Assembly: GCA_963719505.1 (NCBI GenBank) | Contig: CAVRCF010000005.1 | Span: forward strand, 1,199,643-1,263,642 | Source: Halobacteriovoraceae bacterium | GTDB lineage: Bacteria > Bdellovibrionota > Bacteriovoracia > Bacteriovoracales > Bacteriovoracaceae | Direction of reading: 5' to 3' | DNA length: 64,000 nt | Shown here: positions 1-9,453 of the stretch, piece by piece | Layout of the letters: each line of letters opens with the position of its first letter | Numbering within the stretch: the stretch's first letter is position 1 | Program-made: the position numbers and the translations under genes | Notes under the pieces: model-generated | What the model was told of the DNA's origin: nothing | The model's database searches: none | Seen by the model: the letters and a program-made list of their open reading frames with translations, nothing else

Positions 1-187
<187 letters not shown>

Positions 188-220
188 TTATTTTAGTTTC
201 AAAAAATGGTTTCTATCGTT

Positions 221-2365
221 TTAGTGGTTGTAATAACCTTCACCTGAATTTGCCTTAGCCGCAAATCCCTCAGTTGGTTCATACATTTTTCCAAGTTCCT
301 TATATTTACTTGTTTTATCCACGATGTTCTTTAAACCAACAGTATCAGCATACTTGAGGGCTCCCGTTCTAAAAGGAGGAAAACCTAAACCGAGAAGAAG
401 TCCCATATCAACTTCTGTCGCTGTATTGACGATATTTTCTTCCAGACATCTTGCACATTCAAAAATCATCGGAAACATCATTCTCTCGACAATCTCTTCA
501 TCAGTGACTTCGACCTTTCTTTTGACGACTTTATCGACAATGGCTTGAGTTCCAGCATCGACCACTTTCTTCAGTTTTCCTTTTCTATCGAGTTCATATT
601 TATAGAAGCCGATTTTATTTTTTTGACCAAGTCTTTTTTCTTTGTGCATAACCTCAACAATCGTGTCGCGATCAAGCTTCATTCTATCTGGAAATGCATC
701 ACCAATAATTGCAGCCGCGTGATCACCAGTATCAATTCCGACAACATCCATTAAATACGCCGGTCCCATAGGCCATCCAAATTTTTCCATAACCTTATCA
801 ATTCTTTGATAATCAACTCCATCTTCGATGAGAAGATTAAATCCATTAAAGTATGGAAAGAGAACTCTATTGACTAGAAATCCTGCACAGTCATTAACCA
901 CAATGGGTGTCTTTCCCATCTGAATGGCATACTGAACAGTTTTTGCAATTGTTTCTTCGCTTGTTTTCTCGCCTCGAATAATTTCAACCAAAGGCATTCT
1001 GTGAACAGGATTAAAGAAGTGCATCCCACAAAAATTCTCTGGTCTTTTAAGATCTTTTGCAAGTTCTGTTATTGAGATCGTCGAAGTATTTGAAGCTATG
1101 ACCGCATCCTCTCTCACTTTTGATTCGAGATCTTCTAGGACTGATTTTTTAATTTTTATATTTTCAACGACAGCTTCAACAATAGTGTCAACAGATTGAA
1201 AATCTCCATAGCTTAGAGTTGGAGTGATCTGACTAATTGTTTTGGCCATTTGTTCAGGACCAATTTTTCCAATCTTAATTAATTTTCCTAAAAGCTTAGT
1301 CGCCTCACCCATCCCTAACTCAAGAGCGGGATCATTGATATCTTTCATGATGATAGGCGTTCCCTTACTGGCCGATTGGTAAGCAATTCCGCCCCCCATA
1401 ATACCAGCTCCAAGGACAGCAGCCTTTTTCGTTTTCGCAACATCTTTTGTTAGCTTCTTACTTACCTTTTTAAGAAATTGATCTCCTAAAAAAACACTCA
1501 CAAGACTTTCAGCTTGCGGGGTATGGGCAAGTGTTGCAAAGGCTTCTGCTTCAATATCAATCGCTGCGTCTCTTTCAAGAGTGCAAGCTTGTTGCATAAC
1601 TTCGATGGCCTTAACTGGTGCCGGATAATTTTTTCCGGCCATCCCTAAAACAAAACCTTTCGCTGTTTCAAATGTCATTGCCGCTTCAGTTTTATTTAAA
1701 CGAAGAGGTTTCAGTTTTACCTCTTTTTTCTTTTTCCAATCTAGCTCACCATCCATCGCTCTTTTTAGAGTCAAGAGAGCTGCTCTTTCTAGGTCAGAGG
1801 CAGCAACCACACCGTCAACGATTCCTACTTTTAAAGCATCTTCAACTTTGTACTGCTTACCACTTGTGATCCATTCAATAGCATGATCAGCTCCTGCTAT
1901 ACGAGGAAGCCTTACACTTCCACCCCAACCTGGCATGATTCCTAGCTTTGTTTCAGGAAGTCCAATTTTTGCTCCAGCACTTGCGATTCTATAATCAGCC
2001 GTCAGACACATTTCAAGTCCTCCACCAAGAGCAAATCCATTAATCGCAACGACAGATGGAATAGATAAATCTTCAAATCCATTCATTGTCTTATTCATCT
2101 GAAGAATCCATCCTTTGATGTCTTCGTGATTTCTTTTAAAGTGGGTCATAAACTCTGTAATATCTGCACCAAAAATAAAGTGCTCTTTTGAACTTTTCAT
2201 CAAAAGGCCTTTCGCTTTCGAACCTTGAATAGCCTCAAGAGCTTTTGGCAGTTCTTCCATCATAAGATTACCTATGACATTGGCTCCGCTGTCTTTAATA
2301 TTAAAATTCATGTGGGCAACATCATCTTTCAATTCAATTTGAATTGCCTTTCCATCAAATAGCAT
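221..2365 (-). CDS. fadB: Fatty acid oxidation complex alpha subunit (enoyl-CoA hydratase/3-hydroxyacyl-CoA dehydrogenase)
   Basis: Crotonase motifs GADI, ALGGGLE, GLPETKLG; Rossmann GAGIMGGG; ASNTS and GMHFFNP; 714 aa. Confidence 0.95.
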   Translation of the reverse strand: MLFDGKAIQIELKDDVAHMNFNIKDSGANVIGNLMMEELPKALEAIQGSKAKGLLMKSSKEHFIFGADITEFMTHFKRNHEDIKGWILQMNKTMNGFEDLSIPSVVAINGFALGGGLEMCLTADYRIASAGAKIGLPETKLGIMPGWGGSVRLPRIAGADHAIEWITSGKQYKVEDALKVGIVDGVVAASDLERAALLTLKRAMDGELDWKKKKEVKLKPLRLNKTEAAMTFETAKGFVLGMAGKNYPAPVKAIEVMQQACTLERDAAIDIEAEAFATLAHTPQAESLVSVFLGDQFLKKVSKKLTKDVAKTKKAAVLGAGIMGGGIAYQSASKGTPIIMKDINDPALELGMGEATKLLGKLIKIGKIGPEQMAKTISQITPTLSYGDFQSVDTIVEAVVENIKIKKSVLEDLESKVREDAVIASNTSTISITELAKDLKRPENFCGMHFFNPVHRMPLVEIIRGEKTSEETIAKTVQYAIQMGKTPIVVNDCAGFLVNRVLFPYFNGFNLLIEDGVDYQRIDKVMEKFGWPMGPAYLMDVVGIDTGDHAAAIIGDAFPDRMKLDRDTIVEVMHKEKRLGQKNKIGFYKYELDRKGKLKKVVDAGTQAIVDKVVKRKVEVTDEEIVERMMFPMIFECARCLEENIVNTATEVDMGLLLGLGFPPFRTGALKYADTVGLKNIVDKTSKYKELGKMYEPTEGFAAKANSGEGYYNH

Positions 2366-2547
2366 TACTTCTCCTTAAGCTTGAAATATTATCCCCCGTA
2401 TTATCACGTCAAACTGATTTTTAATCAATGCGCAGGCGCTTATGTCTAAAGTATTCCCGTTAACACACTGCTCTTGGATACCCTTATCTCACTTTTTTTG
2501 ATATAAATTCGCAAAATTAAATGTCAATTTAGAGCACGGAGTCAAAA

Positions 2548-3681
2548 ATGAACGAACTACAAATGGAACTGAGAAACTCAGTTAAAAAATTCTGTATCGA
2601 TCAGATTGAGCCTCATATGGAACACGATGATGCCAATGAAAACTTTCGTATGGATATTTTCCAAGGCTTGGGAGAAATGGGCCTTGCTGGAATTACAATA
2701 AAAGAAGAAAACGGTGGAGCTGGTCTTGGATGTATGGATATGTGTGTGGTTCTTGAAGAAATAGCAAAATACTCAGTTGCCTACTCCGTAACTGTTTCAG
2801 TTTCAACAATGGTTCAGTCCATTATAGAAAAATTTGGAAATGAGGATCAAAAGAAAAAGTATCTCCCGAGCCTCACAGCAGGTAAAGAGATTGGAGCTTT
2901 TTGTTTATCTGAGTCTCACTCCGGAAGTGACGCTGCCTCATTAAAAACAACAGCAAAGAAAACTGACGGTGGATATATATTAAATGGAACAAAAATGTGG
3001 ATCACCTCTGGTGGAGTCGCAAGCACCTATATTGTCATGGCCCGAACTGGTGGAGAAGGCGCAAAAGGTATTTCAGCTTTCATCGTTGAAGATGGAACTG
3101 AGGGGCTTAGTTTTGGAAAGAAAGAAAAAAAGATGGGATGGCGTGCTAGTCCTACTCGAGAAGTAATCTTTGAAAACTGCTTTATCCCTGATAAAAATCT
3201 TCTTCAAACAGAGGGAATGGGTTTTAAAATTGCAGCGAGTGCGCTTGATAAGGGAAGAGTCACTATTGGTGCGGTCGGAGTTGGTCTCGCAATGAGAGCG
3301 CTTGATGAAGCCGTTAAATACTCTTTGGAAAGAAAACAATTCAATCAAGCCATTTTTGATTTCCAAGGACTGTCTTGGATGATTTCAGATATGGCCACTG
3401 ACGTCGAAGCTGCGAAACTTCTCGTTTACGAAGCGGCAAGACAAATTGATGCTGGAATGGATTGTGGAAAGATTGCCTCAATGGCAAAGATGAGGGCCAC
3501 AGATACTGCTATGAAAGTCACAACTGATGCTGTCCAAGTTCACGGAGGTGTTGGTTATACTTCAGAGTATCCTGTTGAAAGATATATGCGAGATGCAAAA
3601 GTTCTTCAAATTGTTGAAGGAACAAATCAAGTTCAAAAAATAGTTATCGCTAGAAAAATAAAAAAGGAATATCAAAAATGA
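2548..3681 (+). CDS. Acyl-CoA dehydrogenase
   Basis: FCLSE...GSD, NGTKMWIT, ERYMRDAKVLQIVEGTNQVQ. Confidence 0.93.
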   Translation: MNELQMELRNSVKKFCIDQIEPHMEHDDANENFRMDIFQGLGEMGLAGITIKEENGGAGLGCMDMCVVLEEIAKYSVAYSVTVSVSTMVQSIIEKFGNEDQKKKYLPSLTAGKEIGAFCLSESHSGSDAASLKTTAKKTDGGYILNGTKMWITSGGVASTYIVMARTGGEGAKGISAFIVEDGTEGLSFGKKEKKMGWRASPTREVIFENCFIPDKNLLQTEGMGFKIAASALDKGRVTIGAVGVGLAMRALDEAVKYSLERKQFNQAIFDFQGLSWMISDMATDVEAAKLLVYEAARQIDAGMDCGKIASMAKMRATDTAMKVTTDAVQVHGGVGYTSEYPVERYMRDAKVLQIVEGTNQVQKIVIARKIKKEYQK

Positions 3682-4955
3682 TTTTTAACTTTCAGACAAA
3701 TGCTGATTATTCTCATCACTCTTTTTCGAAAGACTACCTTAAAACAATGAGTGATAAGTTCCTAGGAACAATTAATAGAGATGATATCGGTTTCTTTCAC
3801 TTAACTGAAAATAAAGCCCACCTTGAAACGACAAAAGTTATTTTTGAAAAATACAAAGGTAGAAAACACTTTGTCCAAATTGGAATTGGTGGATCAGCCC
3901 TTGGTCCTCAGATGCTCATCGATGCGCTGGGAAAAAAATCAAACGATAGGACTTTCACATTTCTCGACAATACAGACTCAGAATATATTAAAGATGAACT
4001 CAGTGCTATTAACCCTAAAGAATCGCTTTTTTATGTCGTCTCTAAATCGGGTGGTACGGCTGAGACCATGGCTTGCTTTGCCATTTGCCGTAAAGCTCTT
4101 CTTGACCAAGGTGTTGAAGAGAAAGACTTCAATAAGTACTTTGTTTTTTCAACTGATCCTGTAAAAAGTGACCTGAGAGATCTTGCAAACGAAAAGAATT
4201 ATGACACTCTTGAGATCCCATCCAATATAGGTGGCCGATTTTCTGTCCTAACCAGTGTTGGTCTTCTTCCTGCTCTTTTTGCAGGAATTGATATCGATCA
4301 GCTCTTTGCTGGTGCACAAGAGATGAAAAAGATAATTCTTGAAAAAGAAGGAATGGAGAATCCACTTTATAAAGCTGGTGCGGAACTTGCTTTTGCTTTT
4401 ATTGAAAGTGATCCCAAAGTAAATCAAACTATTCTTATGCCTTATTCGTCCAAACTCAAAAGCCTAAGTCATTGGTTTGTTCAGCTATGGGGAGAAAGCC
4501 TTGGAAAATATTCTGATGATAAGAAGAAAAATACAGGACTTACACCTATTCCAGCTTACGGAGCGACAGATCAACACTCTCAAATGCAGCTCTTTATGGA
4601 AGGAACAAATGATAAGTTTCTCTTTCTTTTAGAGGTTGAAAATAAGTCTTGCGACTTTGAGTTGCAAAATTCTATAGGAAAAAGCTCAAGTGATGGTCTC
4701 AATGGCTACACTTTAAACCAACTCATTGAAGCTCAGTTGCACGGAACAATTAAAGCACTAAGAGATAGAGATAGAAGCGTTGGCCATATAAAGATTGATA
4801 AGAATAACGCTCAAAACCTAGGTGCTCTTATCATTTATTTTGAAAGCCTGACCGCTTTGATGGGACACTATCTTTTTGTAGACCCTTTTAATCAGCCAGG
4901 TGTTGAACTTGGTAAAAAGTACGCCTATGAGTTTTTAGCAAAGAAAGGTAAATAG
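3678..4955 (+). CDS. pgi: Glucose-6-phosphate isomerase
   Basis: GIGGSALG, SKSGGTAET, GGRFSV, QLWGESLGK, DQHSQMQL, PFNQPGVELGK. Confidence 0.93.
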   Translation: MIFNFQTNADYSHHSFSKDYLKTMSDKFLGTINRDDIGFFHLTENKAHLETTKVIFEKYKGRKHFVQIGIGGSALGPQMLIDALGKKSNDRTFTFLDNTDSEYIKDELSAINPKESLFYVVSKSGGTAETMACFAICRKALLDQGVEEKDFNKYFVFSTDPVKSDLRDLANEKNYDTLEIPSNIGGRFSVLTSVGLLPALFAGIDIDQLFAGAQEMKKIILEKEGMENPLYKAGAELAFAFIESDPKVNQTILMPYSSKLKSLSHWFVQLWGESLGKYSDDKKKNTGLTPIPAYGATDQHSQMQLFMEGTNDKFLFLLEVENKSCDFELQNSIGKSSSDGLNGYTLNQLIEAQLHGTIKALRDRDRSVGHIKIDKNNAQNLGALIIYFESLTALMGHYLFVDPFNQPGVELGKKYAYEFLAKKGK

Positions 4956-5050
4956 TAGTTTAAAAGGATGGGAAAAAGGTAATCTGTTGAAAAACATGGT
5001 TTTTCCTATAGAATAAAGCATAAATCTAAGGACAAATTGGAGAGAAATTA

Positions 5051-5956
5051 ATGAGTGATGACGCTACATTAGTGATTACTGATATTAAGGCAGCTTTAGC
5101 TGCAAGTGATAAAGAGGCTGAGTCAAAGCCGGCGTGTTTACTCGTTGTTGGTGGCGAACTAAACGGAGCAATTTTTGATCTTCAAGATGGTGACAATACA
5201 GTTGGTAGAAATCCCGATTGTGAAATCCCTCTCGACTTTCAAGGTATATCAAGAAAACACTTTAAGGTTAATGTTAATACAGATGTTGTTAAACTAACAG
5301 ATCTTGGTTCAAGCAATGGAACTTATGTTAACAATGAAAAAATAAGTGGCGATCTAGAGCTTAAAAAAGGCGATATGATCAAGATTGGTAGTATGGCGTT
5401 AAAGTTTCTTCCAAAAGGTGATACTGAGAGACTAACCTACGACAAACTTCAAGAGGATGCCAATACTGATGGCCTTACGAAGTGTTATAACAAAATGTAT
5501 TTTAACAATAAGTTAGACCTTGAAGTAAAGAAATCAAAAGTTACGGGTAATCCCCTCTCTCTTGTTATCTTTGACCTAGATCACTTTAAGCACCTCAATG
5601 ATAATTACGGCCACGATGCAGGAGATTACGTTCTTGCAGAGAAAGCTGATCTTCTACGAGATAATGGAATTAGAAAAGGTGATACGTTCGCTCGATATGG
5701 TGGAGAGGAATTCGTTGTTCTCCTACCAAACACAAATTTAAAACAAGCTTTTGAAATCGCAGAAAGACTAAGAAAACTTGTGGAAACACATGAGTTCATC
5801 TACGACGGAAAAAAACTTCCAGTTACCGCATCGATCGGTGTTGCTGATTATCGTCAGGGAGTCAACACAGGGACAGATCTTTTCAAAAGAGCGGATTCTG
5901 CAGTTTATAAATCCAAAGAAGGCGGAAGAAATCAAGTCAACTTTTATAAAGGATGA
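5051..5956 (+). CDS. FHA-GGDEF diguanylate cyclase (DgcB-like architecture)
   Basis: FHA motifs VGR, ISRKH, DLGSSNGT; DLDHFK, RKGD I-site, ARYGGEEF. Confidence 0.92.
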   Translation: MSDDATLVITDIKAALAASDKEAESKPACLLVVGGELNGAIFDLQDGDNTVGRNPDCEIPLDFQGISRKHFKVNVNTDVVKLTDLGSSNGTYVNNEKISGDLELKKGDMIKIGSMALKFLPKGDTERLTYDKLQEDANTDGLTKCYNKMYFNNKLDLEVKKSKVTGNPLSLVIFDLDHFKHLNDNYGHDAGDYVLAEKADLLRDNGIRKGDTFARYGGEEFVVLLPNTNLKQAFEIAERLRKLVETHEFIYDGKKLPVTASIGVADYRQGVNTGTDLFKRADSAVYKSKEGGRNQVNFYKG

Positions 5957-7629
5957 CTAACATGAGCGACTCGCTCAACACTGACAAAATTAACTTACTT
6001 CCTGAACATATCATCGACCAGATTAAAGCTGGTGAAGTCATCGAACGTCCAGCAACTTTACTAAAAGAGTTGTTGGAAAATTCGGTCGATGCCAAATCAA
6101 CTAAAATTTCAATTCATATTATCAATATGGGACTTGATTTAATTAGTGTTGAAGATAACGGTGTCGGTATCTCTTATGATGACCTTCCCCTAGCCTTCTG
6201 TCGTCACGCAACTAGTAAAATTGATAACTTTGAGGACCTCTATAAACTCTACACTTATGGTTTTAGAGGGGAAGCTCTTGCAAGTATGGCCTCTGTGTCA
6301 AAGGTTACCTGTACATCAAATAAAGCTGATTCACCAAAAGGAACTTTCAAAGTTCACGGTGGAGAGATATTATCTCAAACCAGAGAAAAAACAATTTTAG
6401 GAAAAAGTGGTACAGGAATATTTGTCAAAGACCTCTTCTTTAATACACCTGTTCGAATGAAATTTCTTCAATCCCAAACAAGTGAAAGAAATCAATTAAA
6501 GAAAATTCTCAATGCTTTTATCCTCACTCATCCCGAGATAGAATTTGCAATAAAGTGGGATGATGGTTTAAAAGAAGTTTATCCTATTGTCTCTGGTCTT
6601 GAAGAGCGTATCAAGAAACTCTTTGAAAAGAAGAGAGACCCACTTGAGCTTATCCATTTTGAAAGCGAATACGATAATAGTGAAATGGAGATGTATCTTT
6701 CTTTGAATTCAAGTAAAGGTCATGCTGGAAAATTTCAATATATTTTTATCAATGGACGCTATGTTCAAGATATTCAAATACATAAAATCATCTTAAACTC
6801 AGCACAGAGTCTGTGGCCTTTTGGACAAAGTGGTAATTATATTGTTTTTCTAAGCATTGACCCCCATAGACTTGATGTTAATGTTCACCCTAATAAAACT
6901 GTCATTAAGCTCTTTGCCGCTAATGCCATTTTTTCATTGATCTCCAGTTCAATTAAAAGATACCTTCCTAAAAATACTCATACATCTCAGTTCACTCCGT
7001 CTCAATCGGATCTTGGTATTGACAGAGATATTAAAAACTTCAAAGACATTAATTATAAAAGTCAGGATTTTACTAGCTCAAACTCCCTTCAAAACTATTT
7101 TGAAGGTTTAGATAATACTGGTCAAACAACAGAGAGTTCTGTCATTTTTAAATTTAAAGACAAAGATGCTTGTCTCGTTGCTCTTCAAGAAGGGACTTAC
7201 CTTTTAGACAATAAATTATTTTTTTTCAATATGATTGAGACTCTTTTTAAAAAAGATATCAATAGCACTCCAACACCTCTTCTAGTTAGTTCTCCTATCC
7301 CATTAGAGAAGAGTCTTAAAAATGAGCGTCTAGAGCAAGTTCAAGCGATGGGTTTTGAGTTAGATTTTTTTGATAAATCAACTCTTGTCCTCAGGGCTTT
7401 TCCCCAGATGATTTCCTCTTTTCCTGTTGAAAAGATTCTCATGATGCTAATTGATCCAAAAACTTCAATAAAACAAACTGATGTCGTTTTAAATCGAGAA
7501 GCACAGATAGATTTTATTCCCAGTATTGGAAACATAGAAGACAGTTTAGAATTGTGCGGACTCAGCCAAATGACACAAAACCGAGTCATTAAAAAAGTGA
7601 CAGGTAAAGATATGCTTAAGTTACTATGA
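5953..7629 (+). CDS. mutL: DNA mismatch repair protein MutL (divergent C-terminus)
   Basis: IKAGEVIERP, KELLENSVDA, RHATSK, GFRGEAL, DVNVHPNK; followed by miaA. Confidence 0.9.
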   Translation: MTNMSDSLNTDKINLLPEHIIDQIKAGEVIERPATLLKELLENSVDAKSTKISIHIINMGLDLISVEDNGVGISYDDLPLAFCRHATSKIDNFEDLYKLYTYGFRGEALASMASVSKVTCTSNKADSPKGTFKVHGGEILSQTREKTILGKSGTGIFVKDLFFNTPVRMKFLQSQTSERNQLKKILNAFILTHPEIEFAIKWDDGLKEVYPIVSGLEERIKKLFEKKRDPLELIHFESEYDNSEMEMYLSLNSSKGHAGKFQYIFINGRYVQDIQIHKIILNSAQSLWPFGQSGNYIVFLSIDPHRLDVNVHPNKTVIKLFAANAIFSLISSSIKRYLPKNTHTSQFTPSQSDLGIDRDIKNFKDINYKSQDFTSSNSLQNYFEGLDNTGQTTESSVIFKFKDKDACLVALQEGTYLLDNKLFFFNMIETLFKKDINSTPTPLLVSSPIPLEKSLKNERLEQVQAMGFELDFFDKSTLVLRAFPQMISSFPVEKILMMLIDPKTSIKQTDVVLNREAQIDFIPSIGNIEDSLELCGLSQMTQNRVIKKVTGKDMLKLL

Positions 7630-8579
7630 AAAATATTATTTGTGTTATTTCGGGACCAACGGCAAGCGGCAAGACGAGTACGAGTATAGAGCTTGCCAAG
7701 AAATTTGGTGGGGAAATTGTCAATTTCGACTCACTTTTATTTTATCGGGAAATTCATATCGGTACCGCAAAGCCCACCGCTGATGAAAGAGGTGATATCA
7801 TTCATCACTTTGTTGACTGTGCCAGCGTAAACTCACCTATAAATGCAGCGGACTATTCAAAAATGGCCATAGAGAAAATAAATGAGCTTCACCGTCAAAG
7901 TAAGATTGTCTATCTGGTTGGCGGATCAGGCTTTTACTTGCAAGCTGTTCTCAAAGGTATGTACGAATCAAAAACAACCCCCAAAAATATTATCGACAGA
8001 TCCGATATATTATATAGAGACCATGGAATTGATCCTTTTAGAGAGATATTAAAAGAGCATGACAGTAAATCATATGATCAATATCACGAAAATGATCACT
8101 ATAGAATAAGAAGGGCCGTTGAGCATTATTGGAGTAACGGAACCTTATTTTCTGATCAAAGAGAAAAAATGGATCAAAGAGAAGATGTCTCCCCCCAAGT
8201 AGTAAACGAGTGGAATGTCTTCCATGCCCACTTAGACTTAGACAAAGAATCTCACTTCGATATTATTCAACAAAGAACCAAAAAGATGTTGGATGATGGT
8301 CTACTAGAAGAAGTCGAAGATCTTATAAGTGAGGGCTTTACAGGTGCCGAGAAACCTCTAAAATCAATTGGCTATAAGGAATGCTTTGGTTATAAATCCG
8401 GAATTTTCAAGGACCGCCAGGAACTTGAGGAGCGAATTAATATATCCACTAGGCAATTAGCAAAAGCACAAAGGACTTGGTTTAAAAAAGTAGACAAGTC
8501 GACATATAACCCCCTCTTTGATAAATTAGAATTAGAAGAAGATTTTAAGACTTTTATAGGAGTCAATAGTGACAATTGA
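7626..8579 (+). CDS. miaA: tRNA dimethylallyltransferase
   Basis: GPTASGKT, IGTAKP, VGGSGFY, SIGYKE, TRQLAKAQRTWF. Confidence 0.95.
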   Translation: MKNIICVISGPTASGKTSTSIELAKKFGGEIVNFDSLLFYREIHIGTAKPTADERGDIIHHFVDCASVNSPINAADYSKMAIEKINELHRQSKIVYLVGGSGFYLQAVLKGMYESKTTPKNIIDRSDILYRDHGIDPFREILKEHDSKSYDQYHENDHYRIRRAVEHYWSNGTLFSDQREKMDQREDVSPQVVNEWNVFHAHLDLDKESHFDIIQQRTKKMLDDGLLEEVEDLISEGFTGAEKPLKSIGYKECFGYKSGIFKDRQELEERINISTRQLAKAQRTWFKKVDKSTYNPLFDKLELEEDFKTFIGVNSDN

Positions 8580-9441
8580 ACAAAAGAAAAATTTGAAAGT
8601 TATCGTTATATCTGATGGTACCGGAGAGACAGCGACAGAAATGACCAGAGCAGCAGTTGCTCAATTTCCAGACAAAGAGATTTTTTTTACACGTTATAAA
8701 AATGTAAGAACAAAGGATCATATTGAGGCGATCTTTCAAGAAGCAGTTCTTCATCATGATATGATTGTCTACACTATCGTTTCTAAAGAGCTTAGACTCT
8801 TTGTTCAAAAGCTGAGTAAAGAACAAAAAGTTCGATCAACAGATCTATTAGGTCCTCTTCTTCAAAGTTTTTCAAATGTTTTTGAAATGGAACCTGACTA
8901 CCAACCTGGACTTCTCCACGCAGTCAATGATGAATACTTTAGAAAAGTTGCCGCTGTAGAATTCACTCTTAATCACGATGATGGTCGAAATATTAAAACG
9001 TTGGAAGAAGCCGATGTTATTTTACTAGGCATTTCTAGAACCTCTAAAACTCCTTTGTCTATTTACCTCTCTTTAGAAGGAATAAAAGTTGTTAATGTTC
9101 CTATTATTATGAATATGCCACTACCTGAAAAAATCTTTGATATAGATCAAAGAAAGATCTTTGGTCTCACCATTGATCCGGCAGCTTTACATGAGATACG
9201 TAAAAATAGACTCTCAAGACTTGGAGCCGTCAAAGAAGGTGATTATGCTGATATCAAGAAAGTTTCAGAGGAAATAGAGTGGGCCAATTCACTTTTTGCT
9301 GAAAATAAAAGATGGCCTATTTTCAATGTTACTGGAAAAGCGCTAGAAGAAACTGCAGCAGAAATAACAAAGCTTCTCAATATGCGTAAAGAAAATCGCT
9401 TTAAGCATAAGAAACGCTTTGAGAAAAAACCCAAAGCGTAG
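8569..9441 (+). CDS. Pyruvate,phosphate/water dikinase regulatory protein (kinase/pyrophosphorylase)
   Basis: ISDGTGETA, HDDG, GISRTSKTPLS, LEETA. Confidence 0.9.
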   Translation: MTIEQKKNLKVIVISDGTGETATEMTRAAVAQFPDKEIFFTRYKNVRTKDHIEAIFQEAVLHHDMIVYTIVSKELRLFVQKLSKEQKVRSTDLLGPLLQSFSNVFEMEPDYQPGLLHAVNDEYFRKVAAVEFTLNHDDGRNIKTLEEADVILLGISRTSKTPLSIYLSLEGIKVVNVPIIMNMPLPEKIFDIDQRKIFGLTIDPAALHEIRKNRLSRLGAVKEGDYADIKKVSEEIEWANSLFAENKRWPIFNVTGKALEETAAEITKLLNMRKENRFKHKKRFEKKPKA

Positions 9442-9453
9442 ATGACTAAGCCG

